From: an uncultured cyanobacterium
GTDB taxonomy: Bacteria; Cyanobacteriota; Cyanobacteriia; Pseudanabaenales; Pseudanabaenaceae
Length of the DNA stretch: 64,000 bases
Reading direction: 5' to 3'
Assembly (NCBI GenBank): GCA_963703315.1
Contig: OY969811.1
Span: 512,001-576,000, forward strand
The position numbers were made by a program, and so were the translations under genes. Of the stretch, positions 53,573 to 64,000 are shown one piece after another (position 1 is the first letter of the stretch; every line of letters starts with the position of its first letter). The notes under the pieces were generated by a model, which did not search any database, had not been told where the DNA came from, and saw only the letters and a program-made list of their open reading frames with translations.

Positions 53573-54910
53573 ATGGTCAATCTGGTTCAAAACGTCAAAC
53601 CCACGATCGCCTTCTCCCACTTGGGTTGTGAAAAGAACCGCGTCGATACCGAACATATGCTGGGCTTGTTAGTACAAGCTGGCTATCAAGTCGATAGCAA
53701 CGAGGAATTAGCCGACTATGTGATCGTCAATACCTGTAGCTTCATTGAAGATGCCCGCCGCGAATCGGTGCGAACTTTAGTAGAACTTGCGGAAATGGGC
53801 AAACGCATCGTCATTGCAGGATGTATGGCACAACACTTTCAGCAAGAACTACTTGATGAAATTCCTGAAGCAGTTGCCCTCGTCGGTACGGGTGACTATC
53901 AAAAAATTGTCGATGTGATCGAACGTGCCGAGACAGGGGAAAGAGTCAAGGAAATTACGGCAGTTCCTACCTACATTGCCGATGACACGATCCCACGCTA
54001 TCGCACCACCAATGAAGCCGTAGCCTACGTGCGCGTGGCTGAAGGCTGTGATTATCGCTGTGCCTTTTGCATTATTCCTCACTTGCGCGGGGATCAGCGA
54101 TCGCGCTCCATTGAGTCGATTGTCACCGAATGCGATCGCCTCGCCTCGGAAGGGGTCAAAGAAATTATCTTAATTTCCCAAATCACCACCAACTACGGAC
54201 AGGATATTTACGGTCAGCCGCGTCTTGCGGAGCTATTAACCGCTCTCGGTCAAGTCGATGTGCCTTGGGTGAGAATGCACTACGCCTACCCCACAGGCTT
54301 GACCCCCAAAGTAATTAATGCCATGAAGTCCACGCCCAACGTGGTTCCCTATCTTGATTTGCCTTTACAACACTCGCATCCTGATGTCCTCCGCGCTATG
54401 AACCGTCCTTGGCAAGGACGCATCAATGACAAGATTATGGAGCAACTAAAAGCTTCATTGCCTGATGCCGTTACTCGGACTACCTTTATTGTCGGCTTTC
54501 CGGGAGAAACTGAGGAAAATTTCGAGCATTTATTAGAGTTTGTCCAGCGCCACGAGTTTGATCATGTTGGCGTATTTACTTTCTCTGCCGAGGAGGGTAC
54601 TCCCGCATTTGATTTACCCGACCAATTACCTGAAGAAGTCAAACAAGAGCGCCGCGATCGCATCATGGCAGCCCAACAGGAAATTTCCTTCAAGAAAAAC
54701 CAGTTAGAAATTGGTAAAACCGTTGATGTTTTAATCGAGCAGGAAAATCCTGATACTGGTGAACTCATCGGGCGATCGGCAAGATTTGCTCCTGATGTCG
54801 ATGGTGTGGTCTATGTGCGTGATCCGCTTGGCAAAGCTACTCTTGGCTCCATGTTTTCTGTCAAAATTACCGCCGCCGATCATTACGACCTATTTGGTGA
54901 AATAGTCTAA
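53573..54910 (+). CDS. rimO: Ribosomal protein S12 methylthiotransferase
   Basis: [41 protein letters not shown] domain. Confidence 0.95.
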   Translation: MVNLVQNVKPTIAFSHLGCEKNRVDTEHMLGLLVQAGYQVDSNEELADYVIVNTCSFIEDARRESVRTLVELAEMGKRIVIAGCMAQHFQQELLDEIPEAVALVGTGDYQKIVDVIERAETGERVKEITAVPTYIADDTIPRYRTTNEAVAYVRVAEGCDYRCAFCIIPHLRGDQRSRSIESIVTECDRLASEGVKEIILISQITTNYGQDIYGQPRLAELLTALGQVDVPWVRMHYAYPTGLTPKVINAMKSTPNVVPYLDLPLQHSHPDVLRAMNRPWQGRINDKIMEQLKASLPDAVTRTTFIVGFPGETEENFEHLLEFVQRHEFDHVGVFTFSAEEGTPAFDLPDQLPEEVKQERRDRIMAAQQEISFKKNQLEIGKTVDVLIEQENPDTGELIGRSARFAPDVDGVVYVRDPLGKATLGSMFSVKITAADHYDLFGEIV

Positions 54911-55260
54911 GTCGCAGCGATTCCAAACCCACAAAAGAGGTGCGGCGCTGTGCGCCGCACCTCTTTTGTGGGTTATAACTAGCTCTGTTGCGCTCACAAC
55001 CTAGATTTGGTATCTCACACTACACAATTTTAGTAAATTTATAGCAAGATGAGAAAAACTAACTTTTATATAACTTTTTAACTTCTTTTTACTAACCTTT
55101 GTATATCTCTGAGGGGTTTCATAAGTTAGAAAAAAGTGAATAATGGAACACATAAAGCAAGACCACAATTTAACCTACCAATTAAAAAGTAGTTTTTGTT
55201 CCAAGTCTCGTAATCAGAAATCAGACTGTTATTCACTGAAAGAAATTAAAAGGAAGAAAC

Positions 55261-55686
55261 ATGGATACTATTACTAAAGTTAATCATTTGTCCTTTGGTC
55301 AAGATTTAAATACTGAATCTACTTTCATGATCAAACTTGCAAGTGGCAAACTCGACAGCATCACAGGTTCTGATCTACTTGGCAAGATTCAGTCATGGAT
55401 TTCCGCAAACATGATGATGAACAATAAAAATGTACCTGCTTTGATTGTTGACATGGAAAACGTTGAATTTATCGACAGTCAAGGCTTACAAAAACTGTTA
55501 GCTTGCCTCAAGCTAATGCAATCACAAAACAGCAGCTTATTGCTTTGCTCTCAACAACCATCTGTTCGCCTCGTATTTGAAATCAGCAGAATGGATCAGA
55601 TGTTTGCTGTTTTACCAAGTGCTGACTTTTTTATGAATCAAGCAAGTCTAGATTATCAAAACTCTAACTATTTAGTAGCAGCCTAA
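55261..55686 (+). CDS. STAS domain protein (anti-sigma factor antagonist-like)
   Basis: LIVDMENVEFIDSQGL, VRLVFEISRMD. Confidence 0.88.
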   Translation: MDTITKVNHLSFGQDLNTESTFMIKLASGKLDSITGSDLLGKIQSWISANMMMNNKNVPALIVDMENVEFIDSQGLQKLLACLKLMQSQNSSLLLCSQQPSVRLVFEISRMDQMFAVLPSADFFMNQASLDYQNSNYLVAA

Positions 55687-55883
55687 ATATAGATCTGTTC
55701 CATGAGTAAAAACAAGGTAGTTCTAATTATCTTGTTCTAAGAGGCAAAGTGTACATTATATGTTTGAAAAATGTCATATTACATACAAAAGAGGGAGTGC
55801 TTAGCACTCCCTCTTTTGTATGTAAAGTTAGTTATGGTGCGGCGAAGCTGCTACATAATTAAATCGTAAAACTCTAATGTCTT

Positions 55884-55957
55884 TAAGTAGCTGGGCGCAA
55901 TGAAATATAAAACCCTAAAACCTGTGGCGCACGCTGCGCGTGCGCCACAGGTTTTGG
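55884..55957. repeat. Family D hairpin element
   Basis: taagtagctgggcgcaatgaaa...aaaacctgtggcgcacgc-tgc-gcgtgcgccacaggtttt. Confidence 0.75.
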
Positions 55958-55958
55958 A

Positions 55959-56528
55959 TTAGTAAAACAATAACTTTCTAGAAATTGTGGCGATCACAAT
56001 AGTTGCACAAACAACTAAAAACTGACCCGATAAAACTTGTACAGAATATTGCCAGAATGAAGTCTGAATGGCACTGAAGTTAGGAATTTGAATTGCTACT
56101 AAATAAACGATACCAACCAAGTGAATCGCCAATAATCCACCAAAACAACTAATTGCCATTCGTCCTAAACTTGGGGGTCTTAAAAAAGCGAGAAACCCAC
56201 AGAGCCATCCACCCGCAAGAAATCCTAACAAATACCCAAAAGCAGGGGATTTGAGGTATCCCAATCCACCACCTTGATAAAATACGCCAAACCCACTTAA
56301 GCCCAAAGTAATGTAGGTGATCTGCGATAAAAGTGCGGCATTGCGTCCACCGAGACATCCTGTTAGCAGAACTGCACCAATCTGCATAGTGACACTGATC
56401 GATTCGATCGCAATATTATTTCCCTGACCTGTGAGGGATGGCAAAAGCATGGAGGGTTGAATGAACGTGCTAGCAATTGTCAGCAGTAGTCCAGACAAAG
56501 CCCACATTAGCTGTAACGATTTTGGCAC
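55959..56528 (-). CDS. bioY: Biotin transporter BioY
   Basis: QIGAVLLTGCLGG, GGGLGYL..PAFGYLLGF. Confidence 0.9.
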   Translation of the reverse strand: MPKSLQLMWALSGLLLTIASTFIQPSMLLPSLTGQGNNIAIESISVTMQIGAVLLTGCLGGRNAALLSQITYITLGLSGFGVFYQGGGLGYLKSPAFGYLLGFLAGGWLCGFLAFLRPPSLGRMAISCFGGLLAIHLVGIVYLVAIQIPNFSAIQTSFWQYSVQVLSGQFLVVCATIVIATISRKLLFY

Positions 56529-56574
56529 AAGCGTCTCAGGCAGAAATTAGATGCAATATAAAATCGTACATGAA

Positions 56575-56633
56575 TTTCGGTCAAGAATTATAGAGGTGAT
56601 GCGAAGCATCACCTCTATAATTCTTGACCGAAA
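56575..56633. repeat. 28-bp perfect hairpin mirroring the 3' end of the KAS gene
   Basis: tttcggtcaagaattatagaggtgatgc-gaa-gcatcacctctataattcttgaccgaaa. Confidence 0.9.
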
Positions 56634-57808
56634 GCTAAAATTGCATTTTGTCCGCCAAAGCCAAAACTGAAATTAAGGGCGTATTGGAGATCTGGCGATC
56701 GCACAGCTTGTTGAATCATCTGAATATCAAAGGCAGGAGTTTGCATTCCCACTGAAGGCGGCAAAAGGCGATCGCGTAAAGCCAATAAACAAAATGCCGC
56801 TTCAATCATCCCCGTTGCTCCCAACGTATGTCCTGTTGCTCCTTTGGTGGCACTGACTACACTATCAGGAAAAAATTTTGTGATTAATTCGGCTTCACGG
56901 GCATCATTAATTTTCGTAGCCGTGCCATGTACATTAATATAACCAACTTGATCCGCCGTAATTGGCGATCGCCTGAGACAATCTTTAATGGCGATCGCTG
57001 CCATCAAGTTATCAGGATGAGGACTAGTGGCATGATACGCATCATTGGTAATGCCCCAGCCTAAAACCCTGCCGTAAATTTGACAATTTCTCTGTTTCGC
57101 TGATTCCCAAGATTCCAGCACTAATGTGGCGGCTCCTTCACCAAGAGCAAAACCTTGACGCTCTTTACTAAAAGGATATACACCTGACTCTGCTAACACG
57201 CCAATTTTCTGAAACCCTGCGATCGTTAATGGCGTAATCGCGGCATCGGTTGCCCCTGCGATCGCCATGTCACATTGTCCAGAGCGAATTAATTCACAAG
57301 CTTGAGCGATCGCCCAATTTCCTGTGGCACAGGCTGCCATTGGTGCAATTACAGGAGATTGGCTTTGTAATAAACTAGCGATTTGGGCTGATAGGTTAGC
57401 AGATTGACAATTCCACCAATAATTCTGAATCAATTTTCTATCAGGATGATCAAGTAATAGTTCTAATTCTCTCTGATTGCTGCGACTTGAACCAATGACA
57501 ACACCACAGTTAATTAAGGGAAGTTCGAGATTTGCATCGGCGATCGCTTCTAAAACTGTCTTTTGTAAAAAATATTGCGCTCTGGACTGAGCTTTAGATT
57601 GATCTGGAAATTGTGAATCTTCTATTTCATCAATTCGAGCAGTAGGAATTTGGAATTGCTGATCAAATTTAATTCCAGACTTGCCTTGTAGAAGTTGCTG
57701 CCAAGTATTTTCGCGATTACTGGCGATCGCGGTAGTCATGCCAATACCTGTAACAACAACTGTTGTTTGCTCAGATGTTTGCTCAGATTCTCTATCCCAA
57801 GATTTCAT
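56615..57808 (-). CDS. Beta-ketoacyl-ACP synthase (FabF-like)
   Basis: VVVTGIG, AACATG (Cys), VHGTAT and GHTLGA (His), FSFGFGGQNA. Confidence 0.88.
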   Translation of the reverse strand: MKSWDRESEQTSEQTTVVVTGIGMTTAIASNRENTWQQLLQGKSGIKFDQQFQIPTARIDEIEDSQFPDQSKAQSRAQYFLQKTVLEAIADANLELPLINCGVVIGSSRSNQRELELLLDHPDRKLIQNYWWNCQSANLSAQIASLLQSQSPVIAPMAACATGNWAIAQACELIRSGQCDMAIAGATDAAITPLTIAGFQKIGVLAESGVYPFSKERQGFALGEGAATLVLESWESAKQRNCQIYGRVLGWGITNDAYHATSPHPDNLMAAIAIKDCLRRSPITADQVGYINVHGTATKINDAREAELITKFFPDSVVSATKGATGHTLGATGMIEAAFCLLALRDRLLPPSVGMQTPAFDIQMIQQAVRSPDLQYALNFSFGFGGQNAILAFGQEL

Positions 57809-58352
57809 CGACAGTAATATTTACATCGGGGAACGCAAGAATCGATAAATTTTGTCCACGATAGAATTTGTAATTTTCTTGATAACCTTCAGGATTTGGT
57901 GAGCGATAAACTTCGATACAAGCACTATTAATGTCAACTAACCAAACTTCAGTAATACCATCTTCAGCATACAGAGGAATCTTTAACTCGCGATCGCTAT
58001 CAATCGTACTATCAGCAACCTCAATTAAAAGCAATACATCGGTCGGTTGTGGATGTCCAGATTCATAAAAATCATTTTTATATCTCAGTAACATAACATC
58101 AGGCTCAGGTTCAGATGTATTGTCTAAAGCTAAGGGATTCTGAATCCGAATTACAACCTTACCTGCAAGTTTTACTGCAAATACATAATTACAACGATCT
58201 ACACAAGCGGCGTGTCTTCGACCAATTGATGCCATTTTAATAATTTCTCCTCTAATTAGTTCTACACGCTCATGATCAAATAGCCCAGCCTCAGCCATTT
58301 GATCATATTCTTTGACAGTGAAGAGGCGCTTGAGTAGTGATGTCGCTGGCAT
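57792..58352 (-). CDS. Uma2 family endonuclease
   Basis: RVELIRGEI, SEPEPD, LLIEVADS, K.PLYA..GI.EVWLVD. Confidence 0.92.
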   Translation of the reverse strand: MPATSLLKRLFTVKEYDQMAEAGLFDHERVELIRGEIIKMASIGRRHAACVDRCNYVFAVKLAGKVVIRIQNPLALDNTSEPEPDVMLLRYKNDFYESGHPQPTDVLLLIEVADSTIDSDRELKIPLYAEDGITEVWLVDINSACIEVYRSPNPEGYQENYKFYRGQNLSILAFPDVNITVDEILG

Positions 58353-58475
58353 ATTGACCTCCGTAGAACTAGTTGTATTTTAGCTTTGATTTTATCCCAA
58401 AGCTAAAAATGGCAACGCCATTTTTAGCTTTGAAAACCCTTGATGATGTCCCGTGCGAAGAACGGGACATCATTA

Positions 58476-59969
58476 TTATGGAAACCATCGTGGAAATTTA
58501 CCAAACATCGGTAGTACTTCAGGTTGCGGAGAAGTGTTGCTATTAGCGTTATTAATCGGCAGCACAATTAATTGAGTGGGAGATTGTGGAGTCTGAGAAC
58601 CTCTAGTGGCTTTAGCAGAATCTTCGGGAATAGTTTGAGAAATAGCAGAATCGCTACTGGGAGTTGCAGAATTTAGGAGAATGGATTGACCATCAGGAGA
58701 GATATTAAATTGAATTTCTCTTTGCGCTGGGAGTTCGAGAATTCGCTTAAGTTGCGTAGATGCTAGATCGATCGCGGCAAGATAGGGCTTCTCCCGAAAG
58801 ATGTTTTTAGCAGGATCTTGCTCAACATCGGTAAATAAACAATAAAGACTCTTCTCTTGAGGATCGAACTGAGCGCCTAAAATAGAACCGCTAATTTTGG
58901 TAAGTTCCTTCTGTATGCCTTGGTTAGTTACCAAATAGAGCGATCGCGTATAGTCTTTATTAAATTTAATAGTCGCCGCCTGTGTGCCGCTTCTGCCAAA
59001 ACTTAAAACCGTGCCGAATCTGGGGAGAAAGTCCAACGGTGGGGCTTGCGGCTCAAGAGGCAAAATCGCAACTCCTTCGCCTTGAGCGATCGCCACCGAT
59101 GCACTGTCGGGCGTGAACATAAAATCGCCCCCTGGTTGATTTTCCAAGGCTTTGGCTGGTTGATTGTCTTTAATAAGCCAGAGTCCATAGCGTCCAACTT
59201 GTTGACGGCTGAGACGCTGCACCAAGATGTTTTTGCCATCGGGAGAGAGATCGAATTTAAAGTTTTGATAGTCATCGCTACCGAGAATAGGTTTAATTTC
59301 AGGTGGATTTAACGTTAAACGATCTTCGCGATCAATTCCCGTTGTCACCACATAGAGTTTTTGGTCAATTAAGCTCTGCCCTACCCCTTCGATCGCCCCA
59401 AAGAGTATCTTTTGGCGATCTGGATAAATCCGAAAATCTAAAACTGTCAGATTAGGAGGTGTTAAAACTCGCTTTTCCTTTTGCAACACATTGTAAAGGA
59501 AAAGTCGTCCTTTTTCCTCACCCTGTGATCCGATGTAAGCAAAATAGGGACTGGGGGTGGTAAAACTGCCTGTAAAAGGATCGATCGCAATTTTTCTGCC
59601 CGACTCACTGGCAAAGCGATCGTAGGCATTTTCTAGTTTCACGGTATAGGATTTGCCATAGGTCGCAGGGGCTAAGGGTGTGTAGGACATCCGTCGTGAT
59701 GACCAACTGATTTTGCCTGCGAGGGGTGGCTCAAATTTGAGATTCTGCTCCACACTTTCACGATTCATCGGGCGATTGAAGGTCAAGGCAAAGGAGATAT
59801 TGGTAGCATCAATTTTCTGACCTTGCCAACTAAAGTCTCTCACCTGTGGTGCGGTGCGATCTCCAACCCACAGTAGTACAGCGATCGCGACACTCAGCAC
59901 TGCCACTAAACCAATAGCATAGCGATCGAGTGGCTGCGAAAACCATTTAAAGCGAGGACTAAGTTGCAT
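58476..59969 (-). CDS. Membrane-anchored protein with Ig-like and beta-propeller-like regions
   Basis: N-terminal TM; LTFNRPM (Ig-like); SPDG repeats; start moved out of the palindrome to MQLSPR. Confidence 0.7.
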   Translation of the reverse strand: MQLSPRFKWFSQPLDRYAIGLVAVLSVAIAVLLWVGDRTAPQVRDFSWQGQKIDATNISFALTFNRPMNRESVEQNLKFEPPLAGKISWSSRRMSYTPLAPATYGKSYTVKLENAYDRFASESGRKIAIDPFTGSFTTPSPYFAYIGSQGEEKGRLFLYNVLQKEKRVLTPPNLTVLDFRIYPDRQKILFGAIEGVGQSLIDQKLYVVTTGIDREDRLTLNPPEIKPILGSDDYQNFKFDLSPDGKNILVQRLSRQQVGRYGLWLIKDNQPAKALENQPGGDFMFTPDSASVAIAQGEGVAILPLEPQAPPLDFLPRFGTVLSFGRSGTQAATIKFNKDYTRSLYLVTNQGIQKELTKISGSILGAQFDPQEKSLYCLFTDVEQDPAKNIFREKPYLAAIDLASTQLKRILELPAQREIQFNISPDGQSILLNSATPSSDSAISQTIPEDSAKATRGSQTPQSPTQLIVLPINNANSNTSPQPEVLPMFGKFPRWFP

Positions 59970-59982
59970 ATCAAGGTCATAA

Positions 59983-60026
59983 ATAATCAAGAACAAAGAG
60001 GCTATAGCCTCTTTGTTCTTGATTAT
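59983..60026. repeat. 44-bp perfect palindrome
   Basis: ataatcaagaacaaagaggcta|tagcctctttgttcttgattat. Confidence 0.85.
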
Positions 60027-60098
60027 AGCGATCGCCAGTGCAAATCAAAACACCAAAGAGAGTTGTGACGCTTTGCGTCATAACTCTCTTTGGTACTG

Positions 60099-61196
60099 TT
60101 ATAAAAACGATCGCTTAGTTACTGTGGCAGGAAATTCCTGATTGCGAATTTTTACTTGCACAATTTGTCCATTTTTTGCCAAATGTGATGGTACATATCC
60201 AAAGGCGATCGGTTTTCCTAACGTTGGCGACATCGTGCCACTAGTTACAATCCCCACAGGTTCACCTTCAAACAGAATTGGATAATCATGACGAGCAATA
60301 TTCCGACCTTCCAATTCTAAACCAACTAATTTACGAGAGGTTCCATTCTGTCGTTGTTCCTCTAAAATCTCGCGTCCCATAAAATCACCTTTCTCTTTGA
60401 GATGCACAATCCAATTAAGATCTGCTTCAATGGGAGTGATGGTGTCATTCATATCTTGTCCATAGAGATGCATTCCTGCTTCCAAACGCAAGGTATCGCG
60501 ACAACCTAAACCACAAGGAACAACACCTAAATCGAGCAGTTTTTGCCATAATGCTTTACCTGTGTCGATATCGGTCATGATTTCACAACCATCCTCGCCT
60601 GTATAGCCTGTTCGCGCAATGAAGCTAGATGCTCCTAAAATATCTGTGCGCGTATGCCCAAACCTTAAGCGAGGCAGCTTTAAAAGATCGGTCGTTACTA
60701 GTCCCTGTAAAGTGGCGATCGCCGTTTTACCCTGCACAGCAATCAAGGTTTGGGAAGCAGAATGATCAATCAGGCGATCGCCTAAATGCTGCTGCAACCA
60801 AGCTTTATCTTTGTCAGTGGTTGAGGCGTTGACGATGAGCGTCCAGTTTTCAGAATTACCATCAGACTCATGGCGATAAAAAATCACATCATCAATAATT
60901 CCTGCTTGTTCATTGAGCAGCACTGTATATAAAGCTTGTCCTACCTTTAAGCGCCCTAAGTTCGATGGCACAAGTTTGTTGATAGTTTCTAACACCCCTT
61001 CACCTGCGATCGCAAATTTACCCATGTGCGACACATCAAACATTCCCACCTGCGATCGGACGGCATTGTGTTCGGCAACTAGTCCTGTGTATTGAACGGG
61101 CATTTCCCACCCACCAAATTCTACTAATCGCGCACCAGAGCTAACGTGAAGGTCGTACAGAGGGGTGCGCTTGAGAGAGTTGCTCATGATTGCCAT
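60099..61196 (-). CDS. gcvT: Glycine cleavage system aminomethyltransferase T
   Basis: RTPLY, FGGWEMPVQY, FDVSHMG, RTGYTGEDG, GLGCRDTLRLEAG. Confidence 0.97.
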   Translation of the reverse strand: MAIMSNSLKRTPLYDLHVSSGARLVEFGGWEMPVQYTGLVAEHNAVRSQVGMFDVSHMGKFAIAGEGVLETINKLVPSNLGRLKVGQALYTVLLNEQAGIIDDVIFYRHESDGNSENWTLIVNASTTDKDKAWLQQHLGDRLIDHSASQTLIAVQGKTAIATLQGLVTTDLLKLPRLRFGHTRTDILGASSFIARTGYTGEDGCEIMTDIDTGKALWQKLLDLGVVPCGLGCRDTLRLEAGMHLYGQDMNDTITPIEADLNWIVHLKEKGDFMGREILEEQRQNGTSRKLVGLELEGRNIARHDYPILFEGEPVGIVTSGTMSPTLGKPIAFGYVPSHLAKNGQIVQVKIRNQEFPATVTKRSFL

Positions 61197-61274
61197 TCAA
61201 AAGTTATTACAACTATTAATTATGCGATCTGGTTTGTATTGTTGAGAGTATAGCAATGCAAGTTTTGCTGAGGA

Positions 61275-61341
61275 CATAACACCAAAAAACTGTGGCGCAC
61301 GCAGCGCGTGCGCCACAGTTTTTTGGTGTTATGCCCAGCTA
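61275..61341. repeat. Family D hairpin
   Basis: cataacaccaaaaaactgtggcgcacgc-agc-gcgtgcgccacagttttttggtgttatg. Confidence 0.75.
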
Positions 61342-61422
61342 ATTAGAATTAAAACTACTAGTTCATTTTCGCAAAGTCTTACTAGGCAAGCTTTTGTCAA
61401 AATAAAGTAGTATAGATACATT

Positions 61423-63177
61423 ATGGCGCGATCGCAATTTCAACATCTCACAAATTATCTCCGTCCTTACTGGGGTAACTTAGCCGTCGGCACAATTGCT
61501 TTGTTATTGGCAAATGTCCTTGGTACATATATTCCTTGGCTGATCAGGATGGCAGTTGACGATCTCAGCAAGATTACGGCTATTGATTTTCAGCATCTGA
61601 TGGGATATGTATGGCTAATCATTGGCTTATCGTCATTGATGTGGGCGATTCGGATGGTATCCCGCGTCTGGATTTTTGGGATTGGACGTAATGTTGAGAA
61701 TAGTCTCAAGCAAAAAATCTTTGAACATTTATTAAAGCTACCACCCAGCTACTTTGCCAATAATTCCGCAGGACAGACGATCAGCATTGTCACTAGTGAT
61801 GTAGAAAATATTCGCCGTCTGTTGGGATTTGCGGTACTCAGCATCATCAACTCAATTTTTGTCTATGCTCTGACACTACCAGCCATGATCGCCATTGATC
61901 CGATGCTGACTTTGCTATCAATTTCTGTTTATCCCATGATGTTAGCGATCGTGCAGAGATTTAGCGCTCAGTTGCGTGATGAACAGATGAGATCTCAAGA
62001 AGAATTATCAAATGTGAGTTCTCTTCTACAAGAAGATCTCAATGGCATCTCACTGATTAAAACTTACGCACAGGAAGAGAATGAACTCAATGCTTTTAGT
62101 AAGTTGAATAATCGATTGCTAGATGCAAACTTACAAATGGCACGAAGCCGTAATATTTTATTTCCGTTATTGGGCGGTATCGCCAGTATTAGCTTTTTAG
62201 TATTGGTTTGGTTCGGTGGCGAAAAACTGGCTAATCCTGCCAATACAACTTTTAAAATTGGTGATTTGCTGACACTAATTATTTATGTAGAACGATTGAT
62301 TTTCCCGACCGCAATTTTAGGATTTGTGATGGTGACTTATCAACGAGGATTAGTGAGTATTGGACGGATTCAAGGGATTCTCGATATACCACCCGCCATT
62401 GTCGATGACCCCGATGCGATCGCAATCGACAAATCCCAAACTAAAGGCGAAATTGAAGTCCGTAATCTTAGTTTTACCTATCCCAATGCAAATATTCCTG
62501 CGCTTAACCAAGTAAGTTTTTCAATTAATTCAGGGGAAATTGTAGCGATTTTAGGGACAATTGGTTCTGGAAAATCGACTTTTGCCAATGCCTTAATGCG
62601 GTTAGTCGAAGTTCCATCCCATCAAATTTTTATTGACGATCGCGATATTACCAAAATTAAGATTGAGGATCTGCGATCGCTGATTTCCTTTGTACCTCAA
62701 GATAGCTTCCTCTTTAGTGCGACGATACGTGACAATATTCGCTATGGCAAGCCGCAAGCTCTTGATCATGAGGTGGAGTACTTTGCAAATCAAGCGCGGA
62801 TTGAGCAAGAGATTCTCAAATTTCCACGGAAGTATGACACTTTAGTTGGTGAGCGTGGTATTACTCTATCTGGAGGGCAGCGTCAGCGCACTGCTCTAGC
62901 TAGAGCTTTACTGGTTGATGCACCAATTTTAGTTTTAGATGATGCTCTCTCTAGTGTCGATAATCAAACTGCTGTCGGCATTTTAGGAAATCTACCTCGT
63001 GATAAAACCGTCTTATTTATTACCCATAATCTATCGGCGGCGGCAACCTGCGATCGCCTGATTTTGATGGATAGCGGTAAAATCGTCCAAGTGGGAACCC
63101 ATGAGGAGTTGCTTGCAAATTCACTCCTTTATCAAAAACTTTGGAATCAGCACAAACTGGAAGCCGTGCTTAAGTAA
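61423..63177 (+). CDS. ABC exporter, fused permease + ATPase (MdlA-like)
   Basis: 6 TM domain, GTIGSGKS, LSGGQRQR, LVLDDALSSVD. Confidence 0.93.
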   Translation: MARSQFQHLTNYLRPYWGNLAVGTIALLLANVLGTYIPWLIRMAVDDLSKITAIDFQHLMGYVWLIIGLSSLMWAIRMVSRVWIFGIGRNVENSLKQKIFEHLLKLPPSYFANNSAGQTISIVTSDVENIRRLLGFAVLSIINSIFVYALTLPAMIAIDPMLTLLSISVYPMMLAIVQRFSAQLRDEQMRSQEELSNVSSLLQEDLNGISLIKTYAQEENELNAFSKLNNRLLDANLQMARSRNILFPLLGGIASISFLVLVWFGGEKLANPANTTFKIGDLLTLIIYVERLIFPTAILGFVMVTYQRGLVSIGRIQGILDIPPAIVDDPDAIAIDKSQTKGEIEVRNLSFTYPNANIPALNQVSFSINSGEIVAILGTIGSGKSTFANALMRLVEVPSHQIFIDDRDITKIKIEDLRSLISFVPQDSFLFSATIRDNIRYGKPQALDHEVEYFANQARIEQEILKFPRKYDTLVGERGITLSGGQRQRTALARALLVDAPILVLDDALSSVDNQTAVGILGNLPRDKTVLFITHNLSAAATCDRLILMDSGKIVQVGTHEELLANSLLYQKLWNQHKLEAVLK

Positions 63178-63193
63178 TGATGCATCGTAATAA

Positions 63194-63354
63194 CCCCTCC
63201 CTAGCCCTCCCCTTGCAAAAGTGAGGGAACGTTTCATTGGGAACAATCGTATTAGTTCTATATCCCCTTGCAAAGGTGAGGGAACGAGATTTCTAGTTTT
63301 CCCCCTTTGCAAGGGGGAATTAAAGGGGGTTTTAAACCTTGTGTGTACATGGTA
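63194..63354. repeat. C/G-tract cyanobacterial dispersed repeat with an internal duplication
   Basis: tccccttgcaaa(a/g)gtgagggaacg at 63208 and 63263; ccccctttgcaagggggaattaaaggggg. Confidence 0.65.
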
Positions 63355-63394
63355 GACGCTGAAATGCGGCTTTCAATTCATTGTTGCGTAAGTC

Positions 63395-64000
63395 CTAGGT
63401 CGTTTGAAAGATCGTTTCGATCGCAACTACCTCAAGGGGGCGAAACAGGAAAAATCCTTGACCATCGCCTTCTCTGCTAAGTAGATCTTGGAGATAATTT
63501 AACTGCTCTAAGTTCTCAATACCTTCGGCGACAATGTGAGCTTTAACACTTTGCGCCAAAGAGACAATTGCTTGCAGGATTTCTGCACCACTGGAATTAG
63601 CATGAATATTGTTGACAAACGAGCGATCTATTTTCAATCCGTCAAAAGGAAACTTATGTAAATAGGCGAGAGAAGAGTAGCCCGTACCAAAATCATCAAT
63701 ATAAATCTTAATTCCTGCTTCACGCATTTTCTGCAAGACACTGACTGCAAAATCAGGATTTTCCATCAGAGAACTTTCTGTCAATTCAATTTTGAGATAT
63801 TCCGCCGATAGCTTAGTCTCTTGGAGAATGTTGAGACATTTTTCTAATACATCATCTTGTGCTAGTTGCTTTGGTGAGAGATTGACACTGATGGTAATAT
63901 CCTTAGCCTTTTCAAAGTTTTGATGCCAAGACTTAATCTGTAAGCAAGCATTTCGCATAATCCAATCCCCAATCGGAATAATCAGTCCTGTTTCTTCAGC
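63395..64000 (-). CDS. EAL domain (c-di-GMP phosphodiesterase) protein, 3' part, 5' end outside the window
   Basis: AEETGLIIPIG, SVNLSP, IELTES, IDDFGTGYSSL, LKIDRSF, VAEGIE, QGF. Confidence 0.92.
   Translation of the reverse strand, partial: AEETGLIIPIGDWIMRNACLQIKSWHQNFEKAKDITISVNLSPKQLAQDDVLEKCLNILQETKLSAEYLKIELTESSLMENPDFAVSVLQKMREAGIKIYIDDFGTGYSSLAYLHKFPFDGLKIDRSFVNNIHANSSGAEILQAIVSLAQSVKAHIVAEGIENLEQLNYLQDLLSREGDGQGFFLFRPLEVVAIETIFQTT

Noticed and set aside
56615..58352. KAS gene as part of a polyketide cluster, or Uma2 as a defence system
   Set aside because: There is no neighbouring ACP, chain-length factor or tailoring gene, and Uma2 genes are widely scattered in cyanobacteria.

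Overview
Gene-dense chromosomal window from a cyanobacterium. The HIP1 octamer GCGATCGC is very frequent, and the gene style suggests a Pseudanabaena-like filamentous strain (inference). Housekeeping and photosynthesis genes dominate: serS, crtP-crtB, ndhCKJ, ho1, gor, an ATP synthase operon that ends at atpA with no gamma gene, gap2, ndhM/ndhV, ssb, fabI, bciB, cysK, rimO, bioY and gcvT. I saw no rRNA, tRNA, CRISPR array, phage gene or transposase. Two things stand out. (1) An accessory block at about 37.5-44.5 kb holds a group-2 sigma factor, a Tat-exported GH73-like glucosaminidase preceded by an unannotated 56-aa secreted two-Cys peptide, two small mutually paralogous unknown proteins, a divergent HTH-NB-ARC (STAND) protein whose usual WD40 sensor appears replaced by a PAS-like domain, and a TPR protein. 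(2) About 40 intergenic hairpins, in several MITE/REP-like families, mostly carry a C-G-closed 3-nt loop that is often GNA. They show compensatory stem changes and loop inversion, and in several cases their perfect arms mirror the last codons of the adjacent gene. Two pseudogene relics are also present: a truncated VapBC-type toxin-antitoxin pair and an internally deleted isocitrate/isopropylmalate dehydrogenase gene. All family assignments come from visual motif recognition, not database searches.
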